Shown here: positions 1 through 10,584 of the stretch, in pieces | Position numbering within the stretch: the stretch's first letter is position 1 | How the letters are laid out: every line of letters begins with the position of its first letter | Assembly: GCA_977020255.1 (NCBI GenBank) | Contig: CDROCS010000933.1 | Span: 1 to 64,000, forward strand | Length of the DNA: 64,000 nt | Reading direction: 5' to 3' | DNA from: Obrimoposthia wandeli | Lineage: Eukaryota | Position numbers and translations under genes: made by a program | The notes under the pieces: generated by a model | Told to the model about the DNA's origin: nothing | Databases searched by the model: none | Seen by the model: the letters and a program-made list of their open reading frames with translations, nothing else

Positions 1-2
1 TT

Positions 3-476
3 CATAGCGCGCCAGCGTATGCCGAATATGAACATATGGTTGAGTTATATCATATGGACGTTACACCGCGTATTAATACCAAAATGTATTCAAGTTCGTG
101 TTATTTACCTATTCCACAGCGCAGCAAAGCCATTTCGCACAGTATTGCTAAATGCTTGTGTGATGTGGTGGATTTCCCGCGTTTGGTTAATACCTTACAC
201 GACAAAGGTGCGCGGGTATTTATTGAGATGGGCCCCGGCCGTTCTTTATGCAGCTGGGTAGATAAGATCTTGTTGAATGAAAAGAATAAAAATAATGGCG
301 AGCAGGACAGTCGCCATGTTGCCGTCCCTGTGAATGCCAAAGGCACCAGTGATGAACTTACTTATATTCGCGCGATTGCTAAGTTAATTAGCCATGGCGT
401 GAATTTGAATTTAGATAGCTTGTTTAACGGGTCAATCCTGGTTAAAGCCGGTTATTTTGACAATGCTCACGAATAA
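3..476 (+). CDS. pfaB: PUFA synthase subunit B (acyltransferase), 3' part; gene starts upstream of the window
   Basis: Frame is open from position 3 (HSAPAYAEYEHMVELYH...). Contains the AT-domain C-terminal FIEMGPG motif and lies directly upstream of pfaC. Confidence 0.88.
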   Translation, partial: HSAPAYAEYEHMVELYHMDVTPRINTKMYSSSCYLPIPQRSKAISHSIAKCLCDVVDFPRLVNTLHDKGARVFIEMGPGRSLCSWVDKILLNEKNKNNGEQDSRHVAVPVNAKGTSDELTYIRAIAKLISHGVNLNLDSLFNGSILVKAGYFDNAHE

Positions 477-545
477 CAGATACAGATAAATAGTTCAGGT
501 GGGGGTTTCCTCATCCGTTCAAATATGGATTTAAAGAGAGTAATT

Positions 546-3500
546 ATGGAAAATATTGCAGTAGTAGGTATTGCTAACTTGTTCCCTGGCTCAAAAGCAC
601 CGGATCAATTTTGGCAGCAATTGCTTGAACAACAAGATTGCCGTAGTAAGGCGACCGAAGTTCAAATGGGCGTTGATCCTGCTAAATATACCGCGAACAA
701 AGGCGACACAGATAAATTTTATTGTGTGCATGGCGGTTATATCAGTGATTTCAATTTTGATGCGTCGGGTTATCAAGTCGACAGTAATTATTTAACGGGT
801 TTGGATGACCTAAATCAGTGGGGGCTTTATGTAACGAAACAAGCGCTTACTGATGCAGGTTACTGGGGCAGCGATGCTCTGGCCAACTGTGGTGTGATTT
901 TAGGTAATCTGTCATTCCCAACCAAGTCATCAAATCAGCTGTTTATGCCTTTGTATCATCAGGTTGTTGATAATGCCTTAAAGGCGGTATTACATCCCGA
1001 TTTTCAATTAGCGCATTACACGGCACCGAAAAAAACACATGCTGACAATGCCCTAGTGGCAGGCTATCCAGCCGCATTGATCGCACAAGCGGCGGGTTTA
1101 GGTGGTTCACACTTCGCACTAGATGCTGCGTGTGCTTCATCTTGCTATAGCGTTAAATTAGCCTGTGATTACCTGCATACGGGTAAAGCCGACATGATGC
1201 TTGCGGGTGCAGTATCAGCATCTGATCCTATGTTCGTTAATATGGGTTTCTCCATTTTCCAAGCTTATCCTGAGAATAATGTTCACGCTCCGTTTGATAA
1301 AAATTCACAAGGCTTATTTGCCGGTGAAGGCGCGGGTATGATGGTATTAAAACGCCACAGTGATGCAGTACGCGATGGTGATAATATTTACGCCATTATT
1401 AAAGGCGGCGCATTATCAAATGACGGTAAAGGCGAGTTTGTATTAAGTCCCAATACCAAGGGGCAAGTATTAGTATACGAACGTGCTTATGCCGATGCGG
1501 ATGTTGATCCAAGCACAGTTGATTATATCGAGTGTCATGCAACGGGAACGCCTAAGGGTGATAATGTTGAATTACGTTCGATGGAAACATTCTTCAGTCG
1601 CGTAAATAACAAACCCTTGTTAGGTTCAGTTAAATCCAACTTGGGCCATTTGTTAACTGCGGCAGGTATGCCGGGTATGACGAAAGCCATGCTAGCGTTA
1701 GGTAAAGGTCTTATTCCTGCAACGATTAATTTAAAGCAACCGCTGCAATCTAAAAACGGTTACTTTACTGGCGAGCAAATGCCGACGACGACAGTGCCTT
1801 GGCCGACGACTCCGGGTGCAAAGACAGATAAACCGCGCACTGCAGGTGTGAGCGTATTTGGTTTTGGCGGCAGTAATGCGCATTTGGTATTGCAACAGCC
1901 AACACAAGTACTCGAATCTCACGTAAGTGTAGCTAAACCGCGTGAGCCATTGGCTATTATTGGTATGGACAGTCATTTTGGTAGTGCGAGTAATTTAGCG
2001 CAGTTTAAAACCTTATTAAATAATAATCAAAACACCTTCCGTGAATTACCAGTACAACGCTGGAAGGGCATGGAAAGTAACGCTAACGTAATGCAGTCGC
2101 TACAATTACGCAAAGCGCCTAAAGGCAGTTATGTTGAACAGCTTGATATTGATTTCTTACGTTTCAAAGTGCCGCCTAATGAAAAAGATTGCTTGATCCC
2201 ACAACAGTTAATGATGATGCAAGTGGCAGACAACGCCGCTAAAGATGCTGGATTGGTGGAAGGTCGTAATGTTGCGGTGTTAGTCGCGATGGGCATGGAA
2301 TTAGAATTACACCAGTATCGTGGCCGTGTTAATTTGACAACACAGATCGAAGACAGTTTAGTACAACAAGGTATTAACCTGACCGCTGAGCAACGTGAAG
2401 AACTGACCAATATTGCTAAAGACGGTGTTGCCTCGGCTGCACAGCTAAATCAGTATACTAGCTTCATTGGTAATATTATGGCGTCGCGTATTTCGGCGCT
2501 ATGGGATTTCTCTGGTCCGGCTATTACGGTATCAGCTGAAGAAAATTCCGTTTATCGTTGTGTAGAATTAGCTGAAAATCTATTTCAAACCAGTGATGTT
2601 GAAGCAGTGATTATTGCTGCGGTTGATTTGTCTGGTTCAATTGAAAACATTACCTTACGTCAACACTTTGGCCCTGTGAATGAGAGTGGCTCTGTAAGTG
2701 ATAATGCTTCGGTAAATAATAACGTACTTGATCAGCAACAATGGCTGGTGGGTGAAGGCGCAGCGGCGATTGTCGTTAAACCATTATCACAAGTAACACC
2801 TCAGCAAATTTATGCCCGTATTGATGCAGTTTCTTTTGCACCGGGTAGCGATGCTAAAGCCATTGCAATTGCTGCGGACAAAGCCTTAACGTTAGCAGGT
2901 ATCAGCGCGACAGATGTCGTGAGTGTCGAAGCGCATGCCAGTGGTTTTAGTGCTGAAAACAATGCTGAGAAAGCTGCTTTACCGCAATTGTATCCAAGTG
3001 CCAATATTAGTTCGGTAAAAGTCAATATTGGTCATACGTTCAATGCATCAGGTATGGCGAGTATTATCAAAACGGCGTTGCTTTTAGATCAACAGACGAG
3101 TCAAGATCAAAAAACTCGCCAACATATTGCAATCAACGGTCTTGGTCGTGATAACAGTTGTGCACACCTTATCTTGTCAACCAGTGAGCAAGAACATCAA
3201 CCTGCACCTGCGCCAGTGGGTAAAGTGCGTCCACAACTGATTAAAACCATCAAGCTTGGTGGCCAGTTAATCAGTGACGCGATTGTTAATAGTGCCAGTG
3301 CTTCATTGGATGTTATCAAGCAGCAGTTTGCTGGTAAAACCTTAGCTAAAGTGAAACAGCCAGTGGTGATGGATAATGTGATACCACAAGGTATTCGTGT
3401 TCATTCAATCAGTGAACCTGAGAGCGCTGTTATACCAGTAACCAGTCCACTCGTTAATCCAGCGTCAGTAACGTCAACCATTTCTCAACATCAACATACA

Positions 3501-6500
3501 GCGCAGCCCGTAGCGGCCCCGAGCGTTGTTGGAGTGACAGTGAAAAGTAAAGCCAGTAACCAAATTCATCAGCAAGCGTCTACCCATAAAGCATTCTTAG
3601 AAAGCCGCTTAGCTGCACAGAAAAACTTATCACAACTTGTTGAGCTGCAAGCCAAGTTATCGGCGAAAACGCTTGGTGGCATAACATCTGACATAACACC
3701 TAACTCAGCACCTACAATAGCAGCCCCTAAAAACCCAGCACCAGTGTCGCCATTAACACTGGTATCAACGGTTGCTTCAAACAAACCAGTAGTAGCGACA
3801 AGTCTCACCAGTACTGAAGCTAAGGCACAAGTTGCTGCAACACAAGCAGGTTTCCAAATTAAAGGACCTGTTGGTTACAACTATCCTCCACTGCAATTAA
3901 TTGAACGTTATAACAAACCTGAAAACGTGATTTACGATCAAGCTGATTTGGTTGAATTCGCTGAAGGTGATATTGGTAAGGTATTCGGTGCTGAATACAA
4001 TATTATTGATGGTTATTCACGTCGTGTACGTCTACCAACCTCAGATTATTTATTAGTAACGCGTGTTACTGAACTTGATGCCAAGGTGCATGAATACAAG
4101 AAATCATACATGTGTACTGAATATGATGTACCGGTTGATGCACCGTTCTTAATCGATGGTCAGATCCCTTGGTCTGTTGCTGTAGAGTCAGGCCAGTGTG
4201 ATTTAATGTTGATTTCATATATCGGTATTGATTTCCAAGCTAAAGGCGAACGTGTTTACCGTTTACTTGATTGTGAATTAACCTTCCTTGAAGAGATGGC
4301 TTTCGGTGGCGATACTTTACGTTACGAGATCCACATTGATTCATATGCACGTAACGGCGAGCAATTATTATTCTTCTTCCATTACGATTGTTACGTAGGG
4401 GATAAGAAGGTACTTATCATGCGTAATGGTTGTGCTGGTTTCTTTACTGACGAAGAACTTTCTGATGGTAAAGGCGTTATTCATAACGATAAAGACAAAG
4501 CTGAATTTAGCAATGCTGTTAAATCATCATTCACGCCGTTATTACAACATAACCGTGGTCAATACGATTATAACGACATGATGAAGCTGGTTAATGGCGA
4601 CGTAGCGAGTTGTTTTGGTCCGCAATATGATCAAGGTGGCCGTAATCCATCGTTGAAATTCTCATCTGAGAAATTCTTGATGATTGAGCGTATTACCAAG
4701 ATAGATCCAACCGGTGGTCATTGGGGACTAGGCCTGTTAGAAGGCCAGAAAGATTTAGACCCTGAGCATTGGTATTTCCCTTGTCACTTTAAAGGTGATC
4801 AAGTGATGGCTGGTTCGTTGATGTCGGAAGGTTGTGGCCAAATGGCGATGTTCTTCATGCTGTCTCTAGGTATGCATACTAATGTTAACAACGCGCGTTT
4901 CCAACCGCTACCAGGTGAGTCACAAACGGTACGTTGTCGTGGGCAAGTACTACCGCAGCGCAATACCTTAACTTACCGTATGGAAGTTACAGCGATGGGT
5001 ATGCATCCACAGCCATTCATGAAAGCCAATATTGATATTTTGCTTGATGGTAAAGTGGTTGTTGATTTCAAAAACTTGAGTGTGATGATCAGCGAACAAG
5101 ATGAGCATTCAGATTACCCTGTAACATTGCCGAGTAATGTGCAGCTTAAAGCAATTACTGCACCTGTTGCGTCAGTAGCACCTGCATCTTCACCCGCTAA
5201 CAGCGCGGATCTAGATGAACGTGGTGTTGAACCGTTTAAGTATCCTGAACGTCCGTTAATGCGCGTAGAATCAGACCTGTCGGCACCGAAAAGCAAAGGT
5301 GTGACACCGATTAAGCATTTTGAAGCGCCTGCTGTTGCTGGTCACCATAGAGTGCCAAATAAAGCGCCGTTTACACCTTGGCATATGTTTGAGTTTGCGA
5401 CGGGTAATATTTCTAACTGTTTCGGTTCTGACTTTGATGTTTATGAAGGTCGTATTCCACCTCGTACACCTTGTGGTGATTTACAAGTTGTTACTCAGGT
5501 TGTGGAAGTGCAAGGCGAACGTCTTGATCTTAAAAATCCATCAAGCTGTGTAGCTGAATACTATGTACCGGAAGATGCTTGGTACTTTACTAAAAACAGC
5601 CATGAAAACTGGATGCCATATTCGTTGATCATGGAAATTGCACTGCAACCAAATGGCTTTATTTCAGGTTACATGGGCACGACGCTTAAATACCCTGAAA
5701 AAGATCTGTTCTTCCGTAACCTTGATGGTAGCGGCACGTTATTAAAGCAGATTGATTTACGCGGCAAAACAATTGTGAACAAATCAGTCTTAGTTAGTAC
5801 GGCTATTGCTGGTGGCGCGATTATTCAAAGTTTCACGTTTGATATGTCAGTAGATGGCGAATTATTTTATACTGGTAAAGCGGTATTTGGTTACTTTAGT
5901 GGTGAATCGCTGACTAACCAACTGGGCATTGATAACGGTAAAACGACTAATGCTTGGTTTGTTGATAACAATACGCCTGCCGCCAATATTGATGTGTTCG
6001 ATTTAACGGATCAGTCTTTAGCGTTATACAAAGCGCCTGCAGGTAAGCCGCATTATAAATTAGCGGGCGGCCAGATGAACTTCATCGATACAGTGTCTGT
6101 TGTTGAAGGCGGTGGTAAAGCCGATGTGGCTTATGTTTATGGCGAACGCACGATTGATGCGGATGATTGGTTCTTCCGTTATCACTTCCACCAAGATCCG
6201 GTTATGCCTGGTTCGTTAGGTGTTGAAGCTATTATTGAGTTGATGCAAACCTATGCACTGAAAAATGACTTAGGCGCGCAGTTTACTAGTCCTCGTTTTG
6301 TTGCGCCGATGACGAAAGTTGATTGGAAATATCGTGGTCAAATTACGCCGTTGAATAAACAGATGTCACTGGACGTGCATATCACCGAGATCATTACTGA
6401 ATCAGGTGAAGTAAGACTTGTTGGTGATGCGAATCTGTCTAAAGATGGTCTGCGTATTTATGAAGTTAAAAACATCGTACTGAGTATTGTTGAAGCGTAA
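546..6500 (+). CDS. pfaC: PUFA synthase subunit C (KS-CLF-DH-DH)
   Basis: KS motifs DAACASS, HATGT and GHLLTAAG; second KS-like (CLF) domain lacking the Cys; two FabA-like DH motifs FPCHFKGDQVMAG and FRYHFHQDPVMPG. ATG at 546 (MENIAVVGIA) is preferred over 525. Confidence 0.96.
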   Translation: MENIAVVGIANLFPGSKAPDQFWQQLLEQQDCRSKATEVQMGVDPAKYTANKGDTDKFYCVHGGYISDFNFDASGYQVDSNYLTGLDDLNQWGLYVTKQALTDAGYWGSDALANCGVILGNLSFPTKSSNQLFMPLYHQVVDNALKAVLHPDFQLAHYTAPKKTHADNALVAGYPAALIAQAAGLGGSHFALDAACASSCYSVKLACDYLHTGKADMMLAGAVSASDPMFVNMGFSIFQAYPENNVHAPFDKNSQGLFAGEGAGMMVLKRHSDAVRDGDNIYAIIKGGALSNDGKGEFVLSPNTKGQVLVYERAYADADVDPSTVDYIECHATGTPKGDNVELRSMETFFSRVNNKPLLGSVKSNLGHLLTAAGMPGMTKAMLALGKGLIPATINLKQPLQSKNGYFTGEQMPTTTVPWPTTPGAKTDKPRTAGVSVFGFGGSNAHLVLQQPTQVLESHVSVAKPREPLAIIGMDSHFGSASNLAQFKTLLNNNQNTFRELPVQRWKGMESNANVMQSLQLRKAPKGSYVEQLDIDFLRFKVPPNEKDCLIPQQLMMMQVADNAAKDAGLVEGRNVAVLVAMGMELELHQYRGRVNLTTQIEDSLVQQGINLTAEQREELTNIAKDGVASAAQLNQYTSFIGNIMASRISALWDFSGPAITVSAEENSVYRCVELAENLFQTSDVEAVIIAAVDLSGSIENITLRQHFGPVNESGSVSDNASVNNNVLDQQQWLVGEGAAAIVVKPLSQVTPQQIYARIDAVSFAPGSDAKAIAIAADKALTLAGISATDVVSVEAHASGFSAENNAEKAALPQLYPSANISSVKVNIGHTFNASGMASIIKTALLLDQQTSQDQKTRQHIAINGLGRDNSCAHLILSTSEQEHQPAPAPVGKVRPQLIKTIKLGGQLISDAIVNSASASLDVIKQQFAGKTLAKVKQPVVMDNVIPQGIRVHSISEPESAVIPVTSPLVNPASVTSTISQHQHTAQPVAAPSVVGVTVKSKASNQIHQQASTHKAFLESRLAAQKNLSQLVELQAKLSAKTLGGITSDITPNSAPTIAAPKNPAPVSPLTLVSTVASNKPVVATSLTSTEAKAQVAATQAGFQIKGPVGYNYPPLQLIERYNKPENVIYDQADLVEFAEGDIGKVFGAEYNIIDGYSRRVRLPTSDYLLVTRVTELDAKVHEYKKSYMCTEYDVPVDAPFLIDGQIPWSVAVESGQCDLMLISYIGIDFQAKGERVYRLLDCELTFLEEMAFGGDTLRYEIHIDSYARNGEQLLFFFHYDCYVGDKKVLIMRNGCAGFFTDEELSDGKGVIHNDKDKAEFSNAVKSSFTPLLQHNRGQYDYNDMMKLVNGDVASCFGPQYDQGGRNPSLKFSSEKFLMIERITKIDPTGGHWGLGLLEGQKDLDPEHWYFPCHFKGDQVMAGSLMSEGCGQMAMFFMLSLGMHTNVNNARFQPLPGESQTVRCRGQVLPQRNTLTYRMEVTAMGMHPQPFMKANIDILLDGKVVVDFKNLSVMISEQDEHSDYPVTLPSNVQLKAITAPVASVAPASSPANSADLDERGVEPFKYPERPLMRVESDLSAPKSKGVTPIKHFEAPAVAGHHRVPNKAPFTPWHMFEFATGNISNCFGSDFDVYEGRIPPRTPCGDLQVVTQVVEVQGERLDLKNPSSCVAEYYVPEDAWYFTKNSHENWMPYSLIMEIALQPNGFISGYMGTTLKYPEKDLFFRNLDGSGTLLKQIDLRGKTIVNKSVLVSTAIAGGAIIQSFTFDMSVDGELFYTGKAVFGYFSGESLTNQLGIDNGKTTNAWFVDNNTPAANIDVFDLTDQSLALYKAPAGKPHYKLAGGQMNFIDTVSVVEGGGKADVAYVYGERTIDADDWFFRYHFHQDPVMPGSLGVEAIIELMQTYALKNDLGAQFTSPRFVAPMTKVDWKYRGQITPLNKQMSLDVHITEIITESGEVRLVGDANLSKDGLRIYEVKNIVLSIVEA

Positions 6501-6541
6501 AGGGTCAAGTGTCACGGGGCTTTAGTTTAACGTGCTTAAGC

Positions 6542-6654
6542 GCCGTATTGGTTAAAGACGCTCTGCTCGCCGTGAATCCGTCTTAGGTTAAGTGAAGGCT
6601 TCAGGTTTTTATTATCCATGCCAACAAGAGCAAGCTTACTTTAATCAATACGGC
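6542..6654. repeat. Long imperfect palindrome (REP/MITE-like hairpin) in the pfaC-pfaD intergenic region
   Basis: GCCGTATTGGTTAAAG (6542-6557) and CTTTAATCAATACGGC (6639-6654) are reverse complements at 15/16, with additional inner pairing (TGCTC/GAGCA). Confidence 0.7.
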
Positions 6655-6763
6655 TAGGTGTCCATTTAGACGTTTTGAACTTAGTAATTAATAAACAAAA
6701 TAATTGAGCTGTGGAATGAATATATTAAGTATTCGTTCGGCAGCTACAAAATAGGAAATAAGA

Positions 6764-8392
6764 ATGTCGAGTTTAGGTTTTAACAATAGCAATGCCATCA
6801 ATTGGGCTTGGAAAGTTGATCCAGCGTCAGTTCATACACAAGATGCAGAAATTAAAGCAGCTTTAATGGATCTGTCTAAGCCGCTTTACGTGGCGAATCG
6901 AGTTGCAAACAATGCTGCTGTAATGGGGATCGCTAACCATACGTCACTCGCAGGTACTATCAGCAATAATATCGATGTTGATGTATTAGCGTTTGCACAG
7001 AAGCTAACACCTGAGGATCTGGGTGATAATGCGTATAAAAAACAACATGGGGTTAAATATGCTTACCATGGCGGTGCAATGGCGAACGGTATTGCCTCGG
7101 TTGAGCTTGTTGTCGCATTAGGCAAAGCTGGGCTGTTATGTTCGTTCGGCGCGGCAGGTTTAGTCCCTGACGCGGTTGAAGATGCAATTCGTCGTATTCA
7201 AGCTGAATTACCAAATGGCCCTTATGCGGTTAACTTGATCCATGCGCCAGCAGAAGAAGCATTAGAGCGTGGCGCGGTTGAACGTTTTCTTAAACTGGGT
7301 GTTAAGACTGTAGAGGCTTCAGCTTACTTAGGTTTAACTGAGCACATTGTTTGGTATCGTGTAGCTGGTTTATCTAAAAACAGTGATGGCTCGGTTAATA
7401 TTGGTAACAAGGTTATCGCTAAAGTATCGCGTACTGAAGTTGGTCGCCGCTTTATGGAGCCTGCACCGCAAAAGTTACTGGATAAGTTATTAGCACAAAA
7501 CAAGATCACCCCTGAACAAGCTGCATTAGCGCTTCTTGTACCTATGGCTGATGACATTACTGCTGAAGCTGATTCTGGTGGTCATACTGACAACAGACCA
7601 TTTTTAACCTTGCTACCGACTATCATCGGACTGCGTGATGAAGTGCAAGCGAAGTATAACTTCTCGCCTGCATTACGTGTTGGTGCTGGTGGTGGTATTG
7701 GAACGCCTGAAGCAGCGCTCGCTGCATTTAACATGGGCGCGGCTTATATCGTTCTGGGTTCTGTGAATCAGGCGTGTGTTGAAGCGGGTGCATCTGAATA
7801 TACTCGTAAGCTATTATCAACAGTTGAAATGGCCGATGTGACTATGGCACCAGCTGCTGATATGTTTGAAATGGGCGTAAAGCTACAAGTATTAAAACGT
7901 GGTTCTATGTTCGCTATGCGTGCGAAGAAACTGTATGACTTGTATGTGACTTATGACTCGATTGAAGATATCCCGGCTGCAGAACGTGAGAAGATTGAAA
8001 AACAAATCTTCCGTTCGAACCTTGACGAGATCTGGGATGGCACTATCGCTTTCTTTACTGAGCGCGATCCTGAAATGCTAGCGCGTGCAATGAGCAGCCC
8101 TAAACGTAAAATGGCGCTCATCTTCCGTTGGTATCTTGGTTTGTCTTCACGCTGGTCAAACACAGGCGAGAAGGGACGTGAAATGGATTATCAGATTTGG
8201 GCAGGCCCAAGTTTAGGCGCATTTAACAGCTGGGTGAAAGGTTCTTACCTTGAGGATTACACTCGCCGCGGCGCTGTTGATGTTGCCTTGCATATGCTTA
8301 AAGGTGCTGCGTACTTACAACGTGTAAACCAGTTGAAACTGCAAGGCGTTAGCTTAAGTACTGAATTGGCAAGTTATCGTACGAGTGATTAA
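6764..8392 (+). CDS. pfaD: PUFA synthase enoyl reductase
   Basis: FabK/NPD-like flavoprotein motifs GAMANGI, EADSGGHTD and GAGGGIGTP; position directly after pfaC. Confidence 0.96.
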   Translation: MSSLGFNNSNAINWAWKVDPASVHTQDAEIKAALMDLSKPLYVANRVANNAAVMGIANHTSLAGTISNNIDVDVLAFAQKLTPEDLGDNAYKKQHGVKYAYHGGAMANGIASVELVVALGKAGLLCSFGAAGLVPDAVEDAIRRIQAELPNGPYAVNLIHAPAEEALERGAVERFLKLGVKTVEASAYLGLTEHIVWYRVAGLSKNSDGSVNIGNKVIAKVSRTEVGRRFMEPAPQKLLDKLLAQNKITPEQAALALLVPMADDITAEADSGGHTDNRPFLTLLPTIIGLRDEVQAKYNFSPALRVGAGGGIGTPEAALAAFNMGAAYIVLGSVNQACVEAGASEYTRKLLSTVEMADVTMAPAADMFEMGVKLQVLKRGSMFAMRAKKLYDLYVTYDSIEDIPAAEREKIEKQIFRSNLDEIWDGTIAFFTERDPEMLARAMSSPKRKMALIFRWYLGLSSRWSNTGEKGREMDYQIWAGPSLGAFNSWVKGSYLEDYTRRGAVDVALHMLKGAAYLQRVNQLKLQGVSLSTELASYRTSD

Positions 8393-8419
8393 TCTTGCTT
8401 GATGATATATGAATTAATC

Positions 8420-8442
8420 AAAGCGCCTGAGGGCGCTTTTTT
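8420..8442 (+). terminator. Intrinsic terminator of the pfa operon
   Basis: AAAGCGCC-TGAG-GGCGCTTT followed by a T run, ~28 nt after the pfaD stop. Confidence 0.8.
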
Positions 8443-8577
8443 GGTTTTTGAATTCCAGTGTGTCTAACTCGAAATTGCCCCGAAATGGCTTAGAGTAGTT
8501 ACTCACTCACACTATGCTCATATCGGTCTTCCATATCTGAGGTATGGTTCCTATATTGAGCTAATCCTGCTCGCCCC

Positions 8578-9224
8578 CACGGCAAGATCATTATAAATTG
8601 AACTTTTATAAGAAGCGGTGATCAGGCCTGTACACAATACTTTTTTGGTGATTTTTGATGACTCCGACTTTCCTGAAACACTTTGACCTGATAACAGATC
8701 CTCGCATTGAGCGTTGCAAAAAACATGATTTACTCGACATCCTTTTACTTGCTATCTGTGCAGTGATATCTGGTGCAGAGGGCTGGGAGGATATTGAAGA
8801 TTTTGGGCACTTATAACTGGATTGGTTAAGACGATACCGCCCATTTAAAGCAGTGGTCAGGACTAAAAAGTATCATTAAGATTAACGCTCAAGTTCATGA
8901 CAAATCAACAGGAAGGATACAGAGGAAACCCGTTGGTATATGAGTTCTTTAGATTTAAATGCAGAGCAAGCATTAAATGCGGTGCGTAGTCACTGGCAAG
9001 TTGAAAGTATGCACTGGATGCTTGATATGACCTTTAGAGAAGATGAATCAAGAATAAGAAAGAAATAGGGACCATTAGTTTTTAATATCATGAGTAAAAT
9101 AGCGTTGGCACTGTTTAAGAAAGATGAAACAAAATCGGCCAGTATAGCGAGAAAAAAGAAAATGGCGGGACTGGACGATGAGTATTGCTCAACCCTGTTA
9201 GAGTCTGGGATTAAAATGCGCTAG
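8578..9224 (+). mobile_element. ISAs1-family transposase relic (premature stops and a large internal deletion)
   Basis: From ATG 8658: [59 protein letters not shown], then almost immediately the C-terminus ...WYMSSL...VRSHWQVESMHWMLDMTFREDESRIRKK*...LLESGIKMR*. An IR-like CACGGCAAGATCAT lies at 8578. Confidence 0.88.
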
Positions 9225-9424
9225 CCACCCCGTTGTGGTTAATTACGATGGCAAAATAACTTTTGTTTTCAATGTCATTTCAACCATAACTTGTTGATTC
9301 AGATCATTCTTACATAAGTAAATGGAGACGGTTAATCATAATGCGTGTTTAATCACTGTTATTTCACTGTGTAAATTTACAATGTGAATTAACTAACGCA
9401 TTTACTTCAACATAGGTTACCTTA

Positions 9425-10519
9425 ATGAAAAAAAATATGATTGCTATCGCTCTTGGTGGGCTTCTTGTTTTATCCGCCTCCCCTGCATCTTTTGCAGCTA
9501 ATGAGCCGACTGTACAAACTAAGGTTGAATTGTCTCAGTTCGTCACCAAACGGCAAGTAGTTGATCAGCTCCTTGGAGATGCCCTAAAAGCCTTTAAATC
9601 TCCTTCTCGTATTTCTCATGCAGGCTTTACCGCCAAGATGCCAAGTAACATGGAGATCGTAACTAACCGCCTACTGGAAGCTTATGAGCTGGAACCTTAC
9701 CGCACTGATCTGTTAATTTCTGCGGCAAATGCGCAAATCTATAACAAAAATGTTGATCGCGCGATTGAGTTTTTTGAACAAGGGCTTACAGTTGCACCAG
9801 ATCATATTGACTTGCATACTTATCTTGCTGTATGGCAAAAATTTAAAGGTAATGAAACAGCATCGAATGAGCACATGGCCAAAATTGCCAAACTCAGCCC
9901 AGGCAGACAAGCTGACATAAAACGTATTTTTAATACCGTTGAACGTGTTATTAATACACCATTGAAAGATCAGCCTGAAAAGAACTACAAAGGTAATATA
10001 GCAATAGTTACATTGGGATATGCACTGAATCCAGATGGTTCAATGCACGATGTTCTGCTTGAACGCCTTGAGACTACTTATTCAATGGCAAAAAACAACC
10101 CAGACTCTTTGATTATACTGACTGGTGGCGTACCTAAAAATCACAAAACAGAAGGCCGACTTATGGCTGACTGGTTGATCAAAAAAGGGATCAGCGAAGA
10201 CAGAATTATTGAAGATAATTATGCCACTAGCACGGTAGATAATGCATTGTTTAGCAGTTATGCTTTGGCACGCCACAACATCGATCATGCAACGATTATT
10301 AGCTCTGCCAGTCATGTACGCAGAGGACAAACTTTATTTGAAATCGCTAGCTGGAAGACAGGTCCAAAAAATATTACCTTTGATACAGTAGCCTACCCAG
10401 ACAAGCCACTTGCGAAATTAAAAAAAGCGAGCGATAAAGAGCTTCTTGGTATTTATAGGGATGCGCTACGTACCTATGGTATGTGGAGTTACCGATCTAA
10501 ACCACTGTTAGCACGTTAA
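9425..10519 (+). CDS. Exported TPR + DUF218 (ElyC/SanA/YdcF-like) protein
   Basis: Sec signal peptide (MKKNMIAIALGGLLVLSASPASFA), helical TPR-like segment, then IVTLGYAL..., IILTGG, EDNYATSTVDNA and SSASHVRR, typical of DUF218. Confidence 0.8.
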   Translation: MKKNMIAIALGGLLVLSASPASFAANEPTVQTKVELSQFVTKRQVVDQLLGDALKAFKSPSRISHAGFTAKMPSNMEIVTNRLLEAYELEPYRTDLLISAANAQIYNKNVDRAIEFFEQGLTVAPDHIDLHTYLAVWQKFKGNETASNEHMAKIAKLSPGRQADIKRIFNTVERVINTPLKDQPEKNYKGNIAIVTLGYALNPDGSMHDVLLERLETTYSMAKNNPDSLIILTGGVPKNHKTEGRLMADWLIKKGISEDRIIEDNYATSTVDNALFSSYALARHNIDHATIISSASHVRRGQTLFEIASWKTGPKNITFDTVAYPDKPLAKLKKASDKELLGIYRDALRTYGMWSYRSKPLLAR

Positions 10520-10557
10520 TCCTACTTATTACAGTAGAACCAGTAAGCTGTATCAGA

Positions 10558-10584
10558 ATAAAGGCCAAACTATGTGGCCTTTAT
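10558..10584 (+). terminator. Probable terminator hairpin
   Basis: ATAAAGGCCA-AACTATG-TGGCCTTTAT downstream of the DUF218 gene. Confidence 0.55.

Noticed and set aside
1-8392. Absence of pfaA/pfaE as a novelty
   Set aside because: pfaA lies upstream of the window edge and pfaE is known to be unlinked in Moritella; cannot be assessed here.
8500-8590. CCTGCTCGCC...GGCAAG shared with the element at 62.6 kb
   Set aside because: Only about 10+6 nt match; cannot be distinguished from chance without a genome search.
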